A stretch of DNA of 64,000 nucleotides from assembly GCA_043803945.1 (NCBI GenBank), contig JAZDJN010000098.1, positions 1-64,000 of the forward strand, in the 5' to 3' direction. The DNA is from a bacterium. GTDB lineage: Bacteria > Bacteroidota > Ignavibacteria > UBA10030. Under the pieces are notes generated by a model. That model saw only the letters and a program-made list of their open reading frames with translations. It was not told the origin of the DNA and did not search any database. Below, piece after piece: positions 10,782 through 20,757 of this stretch. Within the stretch, counting starts at the first letter, position 1, and each line of letters begins with the position of its first letter. The position numbers were made by a program, and so were the translations under genes.

Positions 10782-12467
10782 CTAACTCTTTCCCTTTTGC
10801 TCAATCTTCGCCCAGGTGTCCTTTAGAGTTACTATGCGATTGAAGACAGGCGTACCCGGCTTCGTGTCTTTTACATCCGCACAGAAGTATCCCAACCGCT
10901 CGAATTGAAATCTTGAACCGGGGGTGGCGTTGGCGAGTATCGGTTCGACCTTGCAATGCGAAAGGACCTGCAGCGAATTTGGATTGAGGTTCGAGAGAAA
11001 ATCCTTTCCCTCTTCCACCTCGTTCGGATCCTCTTTCAGGAAGAGCCGGTCATAGAGACGGATTTCGGCATCAACTGCATGCCGTGCTGAAACCCAGTGA
11101 ATTGTCGATTTCACTTTTCGTGTGGTAGTCCCTGAACCGCTCTTTGTCATGGGATCGTATGTGCAATGTAATTCCTTGATGTGCCCTTGCTCATCTTTGA
11201 TGACGGCTTCGCATTTGATGATATAGGCATATCGAAGGCGAACTTCTGTTCCGGGTGAGAGGCGGTAATACTTGGGAGGAGGAACCTCGCGGAAATCATC
11301 TTGCTCAATATAGATCTCCCGACTAAAGGGGATAATTCTCGTTCCTGCAGATTCATCTTCCGGATTATTGACCGCCGGTAAATCTTCGCATTGGTCGTCG
11401 GGATAGTTAGTGATAATCACCTTGATCGGATTCAGCACTGCCAGCGTCCGATGGGCATGTTTATTCAAATCTTCCCTGATGCTCCACTCCAACATTGCGA
11501 CATCGATGGTGCTGTCTTTTTTCGACACACCAATACGGTCGCAAAAGACCTGAACGGACTCCGATGTGTAACCGCGCCGGCGAAGGCCGGCGATGGTCGG
11601 CATGCGGGGATCATCCCACCCGGTAACATGTTTTTCCTGAACAAGCTGGAGGAGTCTCCGTTTGCTCATCACAGTGTAGTTTAAATTCAGCCTTGCGAAC
11701 TCTATTTGCTGCGGATGGTAGATCTCAAGTGCATCCAGATACCAGTCATACAAAGGGCGGTGATTCTCGAATTCGAGCGTGCAGATGGAGTGAGTAATTC
11801 CTTCGATGGAATCCTCAAGTCCATGCGCCCAGTCGTATGTAGGATAAATACACCATTGGCTACCCTGACGGTGGTGGTCTTCATGGACGATGCGGTACAT
11901 AATCGGATCGCGAAGATTAATATTGGGGGAGGACATATCGATCTTTGCACGAAGCGTTTTGGAGCCGTTTGGAAATTCGCCTTTGCGCATTCGGTTGAAG
12001 AGGTCGAGATTCTCTTCGACCGTGCGATTCCGGTACGGGCTCCCTTGTCCTGTCACAGTGAGTGTTCCGCGGCTGGCAGTCACCTCCTCCGATGTCAAAT
12101 CGCAGACGTAGGCTTTACTCTTTTTGATGAGTTCGATGGCCCATTGAACCATCTGTTCGAAATAATCGGAGCCATAGAGAATCCGGTCTTCGAAATCACT
12201 CCCGAGCCATCGAACATCGTCGATAATTGAATCGACATATTCCTGTTCTTCCTTCTCAGGATTCGTATCGTCGAAACGGAGGTTGAATTTGCCGTTGTAT
12301 TGTTTTGCAATACCGTAATTCAGGCAGATCGATTTCGCGTGGCCGATATGGAGATAGCCGTTCGGTTCGGGAGGGAAGCGTGTATGTATGCGTCCCTGAA
12401 ATTTGTCGGTCCGTAGATCTTCGTCAATGATTTCACGGATAAAGTCGGTTTTTTCAGTGGTCGTCAT
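10782..12467 (-). CDS. glnS: Glutamine--tRNA ligase
   Basis: [18 protein letters not shown] (HIGH), [22 protein letters not shown]; 561 aa with no YqeY tail. Confidence 0.97.
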   Translation of the reverse strand: MTTTEKTDFIREIIDEDLRTDKFQGRIHTRFPPEPNGYLHIGHAKSICLNYGIAKQYNGKFNLRFDDTNPEKEEQEYVDSIIDDVRWLGSDFEDRILYGSDYFEQMVQWAIELIKKSKAYVCDLTSEEVTASRGTLTVTGQGSPYRNRTVEENLDLFNRMRKGEFPNGSKTLRAKIDMSSPNINLRDPIMYRIVHEDHHRQGSQWCIYPTYDWAHGLEDSIEGITHSICTLEFENHRPLYDWYLDALEIYHPQQIEFARLNLNYTVMSKRRLLQLVQEKHVTGWDDPRMPTIAGLRRRGYTSESVQVFCDRIGVSKKDSTIDVAMLEWSIREDLNKHAHRTLAVLNPIKVIITNYPDDQCEDLPAVNNPEDESAGTRIIPFSREIYIEQDDFREVPPPKYYRLSPGTEVRLRYAYIIKCEAVIKDEQGHIKELHCTYDPMTKSGSGTTTRKVKSTIHWVSARHAVDAEIRLYDRLFLKEDPNEVEEGKDFLSNLNPNSLQVLSHCKVEPILANATPGSRFQFERLGYFCADVKDTKPGTPVFNRIVTLKDTWAKIEQKGKS

Positions 12468-12618
12468 AGATCATCCAGTATGGTTTGTTGAGAACCATAA
12501 TACGAAAAAGCTCCACAATTTTCAAAAGAGATAACTGGAATATGAGTGTTCTGTAAGCGGGACGTTGCATACAAGTTTTCGGATGCATGAAGCTCACCTA
12601 CTTGCCCTTGGTACCCCA

Positions 12619-12710
12619 AGTGTTCCCCGAATGCTTCTATCGGGGATCTATCATATACTATAGCTCATCACCGTATAGCAGATCCCAAATAAAGACATTT
12701 TGGGATCACT
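12619..12710 (+). repeat. 92-bp multi-hairpin repeat (AGTGTTCCCCGA...GGGATCACT), copy 1
   Basis: Internal palindromes; reverse-complement sibling of the same length at 16431-16522. Confidence 0.85.
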
Positions 12711-12904
12711 GGTATTTTCTTTTTCCCACGCATTTGTGTTCCGAGATCTCTCTGAAGCCGGGTTTCAATCGGTCAGTATACATCCTGAAACAATTTCAAT
12801 GGGCAGGGGATCTGGGGAAAATAATAGACAGTTGATACTTGGGCGAACATAAGATACATTGAGTTACAAACCAATGTCTACGAGCGAGAACACGAGGCGT
12901 ATCT

Positions 12905-13948
12905 TTGAGCATTCCTTTCGTCCATTGTACTGATCTCTATCACCCTCCGCAGGACCCGGACGATCATTTCGATCTGGCGATCGTTATGGCACTTCCTGAG
13001 CTCGATCTTCACGGTGTGATTCTCGATGCGACTAAAAGATTTTTGGAAAGGTCACCGCAGGGTGTCGACATTCCCCGTGATCCCGGCGTTGTCCCCGTTA
13101 CCCAATTAAACTACCTGACAGCACGGTCAATTCCGTTTGCTGTTGGACCCACGCAGCCGCTGATGAGAGTGGATGATACTGTCTGCGATCGACTAAAATC
13201 GGAGCAAGCCGGTGTTGAGTTGTTGAGTAAGATCTTAGAAACCAGTCAAGAGCCTGTTACGATCTCAATTGTTGGCTCAGCGAGAGTTGTTGCTGCTGCA
13301 TATAACCGGAATCCTGAATTGATGCATCGAAAGACGAAAGCCATATTGCTGAATGCCGGTGCAAACGCCTTCGGTCAAAATGAATGGAATGTCGGTCTTG
13401 ATCGCTTTGCCTTTATTCAACTTTGGCGTTCCGGTTTGCCCATCTTCTGGTATCCGTGCGCCACTGAAAACGGAGCATTCGATGAGAATCATCCCAACAG
13501 CACACACTGGAGTGCTACACATGAAGAGTTGCTGCACGATATTTCCCCGAGGCTTCGTGCATGGTTCTGTTATGCATTGAGTGGAAGTTCACGCGGAGAT
13601 ATTATTCATGCTCTGGATGAGTTAGGGAAGGGAGCAGTCTGGGAGCATCTGCTTCCGGCGAAACGACACCTCTGGTCAACTGCTTCTTTGGTGATGGCCG
13701 CCGGGAGAATTCTGGCCCGAACGAATGCTGGTTGGCGGTTTGTCTTAAAAGAGGATCCTTCCATCCTGGAGGAGTGGCCATTTTCCATGGAGAATATCTC
13801 ACCATCAGTGAATGATGTGGGAGAGGTGACTTGGAAACTGACGGATTATCGGACGAATTATAAACTCTTCCACCGTCGTCAGGGGAGCGGATACAGGCAA
13901 GCGATGGCAGAGGCGTTGAATGCGCTTTTCCAGACATACAAATTTTAA
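12905..13948 (+). CDS. Nucleoside hydrolase-like protein
   Basis: N-terminal TDLYHPPQDPDDHFDL Asp cluster and EWNV motif; TTG start. Confidence 0.65.
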   Translation: MSIPFVHCTDLYHPPQDPDDHFDLAIVMALPELDLHGVILDATKRFLERSPQGVDIPRDPGVVPVTQLNYLTARSIPFAVGPTQPLMRVDDTVCDRLKSEQAGVELLSKILETSQEPVTISIVGSARVVAAAYNRNPELMHRKTKAILLNAGANAFGQNEWNVGLDRFAFIQLWRSGLPIFWYPCATENGAFDENHPNSTHWSATHEELLHDISPRLRAWFCYALSGSSRGDIIHALDELGKGAVWEHLLPAKRHLWSTASLVMAAGRILARTNAGWRFVLKEDPSILEEWPFSMENISPSVNDVGEVTWKLTDYRTNYKLFHRRQGSGYRQAMAEALNALFQTYKF

Positions 13949-14046
13949 GGAATTCAAGGTGAAGTATTTCACCTTGGTGTTTTATAATAAGCAGGGAACA
14001 GATACTACCACACAGAAAAAACTATTTATTAATTTGGAAAGAGAGA

Positions 14047-14286
14047 ATGAAAATGGATAAGCAAAAAAAGGACAAAGGAAATTACACTGGACCCGATAAA
14101 GGAATGAACAAAGGCATGAGCAAGAGAAAGAAAGATGAAAGGCCTCTCGCTGTTCGCTGCCCGAATTGCAGGCAGATACGCGAACCGGACCTGAACGAAA
14201 CTACCCACCGCTATGTTTGTCCAGTCTGCTCAGCACCTGTTGATTCCCAGGTTCATATTGAAATGAAGAAACGTGGAATGAAGTAA
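14047..14286 (+). CDS. Small basic zinc-ribbon protein
   Basis: 79 aa, Lys-rich N-terminus, CPNC...CPVC, purine-rich RBS. Confidence 0.6.
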   Translation: MKMDKQKKDKGNYTGPDKGMNKGMSKRKKDERPLAVRCPNCRQIREPDLNETTHRYVCPVCSAPVDSQVHIEMKKRGMK

Positions 14287-14554
14287 ACGAGGGAATCAGC
14301 AGCGGCCATTGGATTGTGTGCAGTGGAATTGTTTAGCGTCTCCTGAATAAAGGGAGTTGTATGCTGAATTCAACCAACCACGGACTATATCAATGGAAAT
14401 CTATTCGACTCAAGAACAGGGAAAATGAATCATCGCATGGAGTGATCCGTTTTCCCTGATTCTCCAATTCATATTAATTTCTTGTTTTCCCAAAACAAGC
14501 TCGCCGTAGAAATTTTATCATTAAACTGTATATTATGCAACGATATTTCGTTGG

Positions 14555-16399
14555 ATGTTGTTGTATGAGAAAATGAAAAACACTTTGAGACATACTAACA
14601 CCTTGCTCACTTCTTTCTCCACCTCGATAAAGGAAATGCGTGAGCTTGGCTGGAAGCAAGCAGACATCATCTTATTTTCTGGAGATGCATTTGTCGATCA
14701 TCCTTCATTCGGAACGGCTATCATAGCGCGAGTGCTGGAGCACCACGGTTACAAAGTCGCCGTTGTGCCTCAGCCAAATTGGCGCGATGACCTGAGAGAT
14801 TTTAAGAAGCTCGGAACACCGCGGTTGTTTTTCGGTGCCACTGCCGGCAATATGGATTCGATGGTGAACCATTACACCGCAAACAAGCGCCTCCGTTCCA
14901 ACGATGCCTATACACCCGGCAACAAAGCAGGTCAACGGCCGGATTATGCGGTGACAGTCTACTCAAAAATCCTGAAGTCGCTCTATCCGGACATTCCGTT
15001 GATCATCGGTGGCGTTGAAGCATCTCTGCGGAGATTGACACATTATGATTATTGGAGTGACTCTCTTAAACCATCTGTTCTGATCGATTCAGGCGCCGAC
15101 CTCCTCATCTATGGTATGGCGGAGAAGTCCATACTCAAGGTAGCTGAGAGAATGAAGTGGGGTGAGAAAATTCAGAGTATCACTCAGGTTCCTCAGACTG
15201 TCTATCCAACAACAGAACTTCCTGCTGAAAACAATGTAATCGTTCTTGCTTCGTATGAGGAGTGTTTGAAAAAAACGAAAGCCTTTGCACGTAATTTTGT
15301 CATTGCTGAAGTGGAATCGAATAGTCTCAAACAACGGACTCTTGCCGAACAATGCGGAGATGCATGGGTGGTTGTTAATCCATCTTTTCTACCGTTCACG
15401 CAGGAGGAGATGGATGCGATTTACGATCTTCCCTTCACACGTCTGCCGCATCCGAGATATAATGGAAAAGAACCTATCCCTGCATTTGAAATGATCCAAG
15501 ACTCAGTAACTTTACACAGAGGGTGCTTTGGCGGATGTTCTTTCTGTACAATCTCGGCCCATCAGGGCAAATTTATTTCGAGCCGCTCCAAAGAATCTGT
15601 GTTGAAGGAAGTTGAAAAGGTTGCTGAGTCACCTTCTTTTAAAGGGCATATCACCGACCTGGGTGGACCATCAGCCAATATGTATCAAATGGAAGGATTT
15701 GATCTGGAAATATGTAACCAGTGCAAGCGTCCTTCTTGTATCTATCCTTCCGTGTGTAAGAATCTTAAGACAGATCACACGCCACTTATCGAACTATACA
15801 GAGAGGCGAGCCGGATTAAAGGTGTTAAGAAAATTACAATCAGCAGCGGCATTCGCTACGACCTCCTTCTCGATCCGAAGAACAGGCCTGTCGACCATTC
15901 CTCGCTGGAATACCTCAGAGACCTCATTGTGCACCACGTTTCCGGCAGATTAAAAGTAGCACCGGAACATACATCGTCCAAAATTCTGAAACTTCTCCGC
16001 AAGTCCTCGTTCGATCAGTACGTCAATTTCCAGGAAAGGTTCACTTCGATTTGTGAAGAGCATGGCTTGAATCAGCAGTTGATACCATACTTTATTTCAA
16101 GTCTGCCTGTGAGCGACCTTGATGATATGGCAGATCTTTCTGCACAAGCACGCGAGCTTCACATGAATCTCGAACAGGTGCAGGACTTCACACCGACTCC
16201 CATGACCTTATCTTCCGTCATGTATTATACCGGACTCGATCCTTATTCGTTTAAAAAATTGTATATCCCTCGTTCTGTGAAGGAGAAGAAAATTCAACAG
16301 CTCTTTTTCTTCCTCTATAAGAAAGAGAAACGGATTGAGCTGAAAGCCGAGCTCACGAGGCTAAAACGATTCGATATAATTAAGCGCCTGCGATTGTAG
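14555..16399 (+). CDS. ygiQ: YgiQ family radical SAM protein
   Basis: SGDAFVDHPSFG, GNMDSMVNHYTA, RGCFGGCSFC, DLGGPSANMY, QVQDFTPTP; exact start uncertain. Confidence 0.93.
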   Translation: MLLYEKMKNTLRHTNTLLTSFSTSIKEMRELGWKQADIILFSGDAFVDHPSFGTAIIARVLEHHGYKVAVVPQPNWRDDLRDFKKLGTPRLFFGATAGNMDSMVNHYTANKRLRSNDAYTPGNKAGQRPDYAVTVYSKILKSLYPDIPLIIGGVEASLRRLTHYDYWSDSLKPSVLIDSGADLLIYGMAEKSILKVAERMKWGEKIQSITQVPQTVYPTTELPAENNVIVLASYEECLKKTKAFARNFVIAEVESNSLKQRTLAEQCGDAWVVVNPSFLPFTQEEMDAIYDLPFTRLPHPRYNGKEPIPAFEMIQDSVTLHRGCFGGCSFCTISAHQGKFISSRSKESVLKEVEKVAESPSFKGHITDLGGPSANMYQMEGFDLEICNQCKRPSCIYPSVCKNLKTDHTPLIELYREASRIKGVKKITISSGIRYDLLLDPKNRPVDHSSLEYLRDLIVHHVSGRLKVAPEHTSSKILKLLRKSSFDQYVNFQERFTSICEEHGLNQQLIPYFISSLPVSDLDDMADLSAQARELHMNLEQVQDFTPTPMTLSSVMYYTGLDPYSFKKLYIPRSVKEKKIQQLFFFLYKKEKRIELKAELTRLKRFDIIKRLRL

Positions 16400-16430
16400 G
16401 AGCTGTGTGTGGCGGTGAAAAAAGGAGAGT

Positions 16431-16522
16431 AGTGATCCCAACATGCCTCCAGTTGGGATCTGCCATGCGATAGTAAATCCTTTCGCATAGTAGATCCCCG
16501 ATAAAAACACTCGGGGAACACT
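16431..16522 (-). repeat. 92-bp multi-hairpin repeat, copy 2 (inverted)
   Basis: Reverse complement aligns with 12619-12710. Confidence 0.85.
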
Positions 16523-16616
16523 GATTTTTTATCACCTGCATTTATTGATTTTCCACAGACTTTTCGCTTAATTACCATCGCATTCGGATTGAGTGTGTGG
16601 TAAAATACTTCAGCCT

Positions 16617-16705
16617 GGAGAGGTGGCCGAGTGGCTGAAGGCACAGGTTTGCTAAACCTGCATAGTGGGAAACTGCTATCGAGGGTTCGAATCCCTCCCT
16701 CTCCG
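16617..16705 (+). tRNA. tRNA-Ser(GCT)
   Basis: GGAGAGG/CCTCTCC acceptor, caggt-ttGCTaa-acctg anticodon arm, long variable arm, GGTTCGAATCC. Confidence 0.96.
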
Positions 16706-16800
16706 CAAAACTACGTCACGCTTAAAAGCAGCGTGACTTCGTTTTGCAGGCAATTTCAACCACGCGTAAAAGCAGCGTGACTTCGTTTTGCAGGCAAATT
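16705..16800. repeat. Hairpin plus tandem duplication (TAAAAGCAGCGTGACTTCGTTTTGCAGGCAA x2)
   Basis: Two 31-bp direct copies at about 16723 and 16767; the first pairs with gcaaaactacgtcacgct. Confidence 0.8.
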
Positions 16801-16820
16801 GAGACCCCAGAGTGCCAGGG

Positions 16821-17084
16821 TGGTATGTTTACATATTTCGGAGTCTCTACAGGAATTTTATTTATGTCGGCTCCACAGACAATCTTGATCGAAGATTGAA
16901 TGAACATAACGATGGTTTCGTTCAGTAAACGAAAGCATACAGACCTTTAGAGATTATTGCTTTTATTGCAGTCAAAACAGAAGCCAAGGCTCGAGAGCTA
17001 TAAAAATATTTTAAGACTGGATCGGGGAAAGCTATTCTCAATAAAAGAATTCTCGACAGTCGAATCATGGATAGGGAAGTATGA
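16821..17084 (+). pseudogene. GIY-YIG nuclease pseudogene
   Basis: Frame reads WYVYIFRS..FIYVGSTDNLDRRLNEHN..Q*TKAYRP..AREL*KYFKTGSG; in-frame TAA at 16926 and 17001; absent from the ORF track. Confidence 0.88.
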
Positions 17085-17161
17085 GAATCCTTTAACCGAC
17101 GAAGTCCTGTTTTAAAGGACGTAGTCGGTCTCCCTCTCCGCAGAGTTCGCAGAAGACGAAC

Positions 17162-17191
17162 AAGCGTCTCAAAACCTGAGACGCTTTTTTT
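17162..17191 (+). terminator. Intrinsic terminator
   Basis: aagcgtctca-aaacc-tgagacgctt followed by a T run. Confidence 0.75.
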
Positions 17192-17222
17192 GTATCTCTA
17201 AGTGGCAAAAATACTGATCAAT

Positions 17223-18668
17223 ATGGAAAAAGAAGTCCGCGTACGATTCGCACCAAGCCCCACCGGCCACCTCCACGTCGGAGGATTGCGAACAGCTCTG
17301 TATAACTATCTCGTCACACGCCGGGCAAAAGGTAAATTTATCCTTCGTATCGAAGATACCGATCAAGCCCGCAAAGTTGAAGGAACAGTTGAGAATCTCA
17401 TCCAAACTCTCAATTGGTCGGGAATTGAGTACGATGAGGGTCCCGATCGTGATGGAGGCTTTGGACCCTACATTCAATCGCAGCGACTGGCTCTCTATCG
17501 CCAACATGCCGAGCAATTGATCGACACAGGAAATGCCTATTACTGTTTCTGTACAGCCGAGCGACTGGATGTAGTGCGGCAGGAACAGCAAGCTCAAAAA
17601 CTTGCGATCAGCTATGACCGGCATTGTCGTGCCCTTTCACTTGAAGAATCAAAGAAACGAGTTGCAAATGGCGAAACCCATGTTATTCGCATGAAGATTC
17701 CTCTCGAGGGTGAACTTTCTTTTAAAGATGCAATTCGTGGCGAAGTGACCATCACTTACAATGTTCTCGATGATCAGGTGATCATCAAATCGGATGGATA
17801 TCCAACGTATCACCTTGCTGTTGTAGTCGATGATCATCTGATGGGAATTACACACATCATCCGTGGTGAAGAATGGTTACCCAGTGTTCCAAAACATGTT
17901 CTCCTTTACCAGTATTTTAATTGGCAATTACCTATTCTTGCACATCTTCCGTTGTTGCTCAATCCCGATAAGAGCAAACTCAGTAAACGCCAGGGTGATG
18001 TCGCTGTGGAAGATTATAAGGCGAAAGGTTATCTGAAAGAAGCAATTCTCAACTTCGTGGCATTTCTTGGATGGAATCCTGGGGATAACCGCGAAATCTT
18101 TTCGCTGGAACAATTGATACAGGAATTTTCCCTCGAGCGAGTTGGGAAGTCGGGATCGGTTTTCAACATCGAGAAACTCAATTGGTTGAATCAGCAATAC
18201 ATCAAGATGATGTCCAATGAAAGGCTTGTCGAACTGTTGCAGCCGTTTCAAAGAGAATTTAACCTGGAGCAGGTCGACCAGGCATATTTGCTGAAAATTG
18301 CAGCCCTCATGAAAGAACGTGTGGTAACTTTAAGAGATTACTTTGTTTTGAGCGACTACATGTTCAAGGATCCTGAGACGTACGATGAACAGGGAAGACA
18401 GAAACACTGGGAAACTGAATCCGCGCAGCGGTTGAATCTTTTTAAAGAGAAGTTACGTGCAGTCTCCGACTTTACCCATCACAATCTTGAAGAGACGTTG
18501 AAGACTCTCGCAATAGAGTTGCAGATCAAACCCGCAAAGCTCATTCATCCAACGCGTCTCGCACTTTCGGGAAAAACGATCGGACCGGGTTTGTATGAGA
18601 TGATGGAGATTCTTGGAAAAGAAACAGTCATCCGGCGGCTTGAGAATATTATAACCCGGCTTTCCTAG
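17223..18668 (+). CDS. gltX: Glutamate--tRNA ligase
   Basis: VRVRFAPSPTGHLHVGG, RIEDTD, IRGEEW, KLSKR. Confidence 0.98.
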   Translation: MEKEVRVRFAPSPTGHLHVGGLRTALYNYLVTRRAKGKFILRIEDTDQARKVEGTVENLIQTLNWSGIEYDEGPDRDGGFGPYIQSQRLALYRQHAEQLIDTGNAYYCFCTAERLDVVRQEQQAQKLAISYDRHCRALSLEESKKRVANGETHVIRMKIPLEGELSFKDAIRGEVTITYNVLDDQVIIKSDGYPTYHLAVVVDDHLMGITHIIRGEEWLPSVPKHVLLYQYFNWQLPILAHLPLLLNPDKSKLSKRQGDVAVEDYKAKGYLKEAILNFVAFLGWNPGDNREIFSLEQLIQEFSLERVGKSGSVFNIEKLNWLNQQYIKMMSNERLVELLQPFQREFNLEQVDQAYLLKIAALMKERVVTLRDYFVLSDYMFKDPETYDEQGRQKHWETESAQRLNLFKEKLRAVSDFTHHNLEETLKTLAIELQIKPAKLIHPTRLALSGKTIGPGLYEMMEILGKETVIRRLENIITRLS

Positions 18669-18869
18669 TGTCGAGTCTCGGAGATATCTTGAAGAACAAA
18701 TCCGTCTCCATTGGACTGCAATGAAGTGTTTTACGCCCCGGGATGTATTCAAGATATTTGTGGGTCGAGACACTAGTGTGAAGGCTTTGGTTGGTCCCGT
18801 TGCCTTTTGGACATTGGTTCTCTATATTCTCCACAATTCACTTTGAACAGGATCCGTACACGAACCATC

Positions 18870-19259
18870 GTGGCAAAAAGTAAAGATCATACGCTTGATG
18901 TCATCCGATTACACAATGCAGTCTTTTATGCATACCACGGTGTACTTTCGGATGAACAGAATCTTGGTGGAAAGTTCGAAGTGGATGTCGATCTCTACTG
19001 CGATTTGCGCGGGGGCGCAAAGGCAGACGATCTTCAGCAGACTGTGAATTATGAGCTCGTATATGATTGTATCAAGCAGCTCGTGTTGGGAAAAAAATAT
19101 TTTCTTATTGAAGCGTTGGCGGAAACCATTGCCGATGGATTATTAGCTGGTTTTAAAAGCATTCAGCAGGTTGTCGTGCGGGTACGGAAACCGAGTGCCC
19201 CTGTTCGGGGTGTGATTGATTATGTCGAAGTTGAACTCACTCGTGCAAAAAAACGATGA
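18870..19259 (+). CDS. folB: Dihydroneopterin aldolase
   Basis: FYAYHGV..EQ.LG.KFEVD, TVNY, LIEALAE, VRKP; GTG start inferred. Confidence 0.95.
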   Translation: MAKSKDHTLDVIRLHNAVFYAYHGVLSDEQNLGGKFEVDVDLYCDLRGGAKADDLQQTVNYELVYDCIKQLVLGKKYFLIEALAETIADGLLAGFKSIQQVVVRVRKPSAPVRGVIDYVEVELTRAKKR

Positions 19260-19771
19260 AGCAAGTCATTCTCTCACTGGGTTCCAATCTTGGCGATCGC
19301 CTGCTGTACCTCCGGAAAGCACTGGAAACGATCGGTCGACTTGAAAAAACACGAATTGTGAAATACTCCTGGATCTATAAAACAGAACCCGTGGGGAAAC
19401 AGGATCAGCCGTATTTTCTAAACGCTGCAGTCGAGATTGAGACGGATCATCCTCCGCACGATCTCATTCGGCTCTTAAAGGAAGTCGAAATAAAGATTGG
19501 CCGGAGACACACCGAGCGATGGGGCCCGCGGGAAATTGACCTGGATATCCTCTACTATGACAAACTCATTCTTCACGATGCCGAATTACAAATTCCGCAC
19601 CCGGAACTGTATAACAGAAGGTTTGCTCTGATCATGGTCTCTGATTTGAATCCGTTATTTCTCGATCCCGGCAAACAGGAAACACTCCAGAATCTCCTGG
19701 CACAATGCAGCGACAAGAGCAGCGTACAAAAAACTGAATGTTCACTACAATCAATATTTATCGAGAGCTAA
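19256..19771 (+). CDS. folK: 6-hydroxymethyl-7,8-dihydropterin pyrophosphokinase
   Basis: LSLGSNLGDR, FLNAAV, RWGPREIDLDIL, IPHP. Confidence 0.97.
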   Translation: MKQVILSLGSNLGDRLLYLRKALETIGRLEKTRIVKYSWIYKTEPVGKQDQPYFLNAAVEIETDHPPHDLIRLLKEVEIKIGRRHTERWGPREIDLDILYYDKLILHDAELQIPHPELYNRRFALIMVSDLNPLFLDPGKQETLQNLLAQCSDKSSVQKTECSLQSIFIES

Positions 19772-20428
19772 TTGAAATCTGCAAATCCAGAAATTCGGTA
19801 CATTGCCATTGAAGGAGTTATCGGAGCCGGAAAGACCACGCTGGCACAAATGCTATCGGAACGGCTCAGGGCGCGTCTCGTCCTGGAACGCTTTGAAGAA
19901 AATCCGTTCCTCCCTAATTTCTATGAAGATCCGGAACATTATGCCTTCCAAACACAGATATTCTTCCTGCTGAGCCGATATAAACAGCAGCAAGACCTTT
20001 TCCAGGCGGATCTTTTCCATAATTTTGTCATCTCCGACTACATCTTTGAAAAAGACAAGATCTTCGCCTACCTCACCCTCCAGGATGAAGAACTGAAACT
20101 TTACGAAACTCTCCTTGGTGCAATTGAGCGAAGTATCCCGGCTCCCGACCTTGTGGTCTATCTCCAGTCAAGTGTCGAACGCCTTATGAGCAACATCCGG
20201 GCCCGGGCAAGGAAAATGGAAGAGCATATGTCGGAAGAATATATTAAAGACCTGAATGAGGCATACAACTATTTTTTCTTCCGCTATAAGGCAACACCGC
20301 TGCTGATTGTGAAGGTGACGGATATCGATTTTGTAAACAACAAGGACGATTTTAAAGATTTGGTTGAGCAGATCCTTCGGCAGGATCGGGCACCCGTGGA
20401 ATACTATAATCCGGCGAGGAGGGGATAA
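19772..20428 (+). CDS. Deoxynucleoside kinase
   Basis: IEGVIGAGKTT P-loop, ENPFL..FY, QIFFLLSR, PDLVVYL. Confidence 0.93.
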   Translation: MKSANPEIRYIAIEGVIGAGKTTLAQMLSERLRARLVLERFEENPFLPNFYEDPEHYAFQTQIFFLLSRYKQQQDLFQADLFHNFVISDYIFEKDKIFAYLTLQDEELKLYETLLGAIERSIPAPDLVVYLQSSVERLMSNIRARARKMEEHMSEEYIKDLNEAYNYFFFRYKATPLLIVKVTDIDFVNNKDDFKDLVEQILRQDRAPVEYYNPARRG

Positions 20429-20431
20429 CAA

Positions 20432-20659
20432 GTGTTCATTTTTCGTTTTTTCCGTTTTATAATCGTCGGTGTGGTATTCTATTACCTGTTTAAGCTCATA
20501 TTGCGACTGATTCGATCTTCCACGGAACCGGAACAGCCTACAGAAGAAAAATCCTCGCCGCCTCAACCTAACCCGCCGCCGAGGGACTTCATAACCTACG
20601 AGAATATGAAGGATGCTTCCTTCAAGGATCTCCCAAAGCCACCACCTAAGGAGCAGTGA
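20432..20659 (+). CDS. Small membrane-anchored hypothetical protein
   Basis: N-terminal TM helix, Pro-rich linker; operon position after dNK; GTG start. Confidence 0.6.
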   Translation: MFIFRFFRFIIVGVVFYYLFKLILRLIRSSTEPEQPTEEKSSPPQPNPPPRDFITYENMKDASFKDLPKPPPKEQ

Positions 20660-20757
20660 GAGGTTTCTCTCTTAATTTCTCCAGCGAAAACAATTTGAAC
20701 ATCTTCCCTAAGTTCACTATATTGCGTCAAGTTTTTTGAAATTGTTAGGAATATCGT

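Noticed and set aside
14275-14286. RGMK at the C-terminus of the small Zn-ribbon protein
   Set aside because: Cytoplasmic-looking, Lys/Gly/Met-rich protein 30 kb from the array; probably chance. It also shows the motif needs a background test.
14361-14459. Short ORF with KSIRLK, reminiscent of a RAYT transposase N-terminus
   Set aside because: Only about 32 codons and no HUH or other motif; insufficient support.
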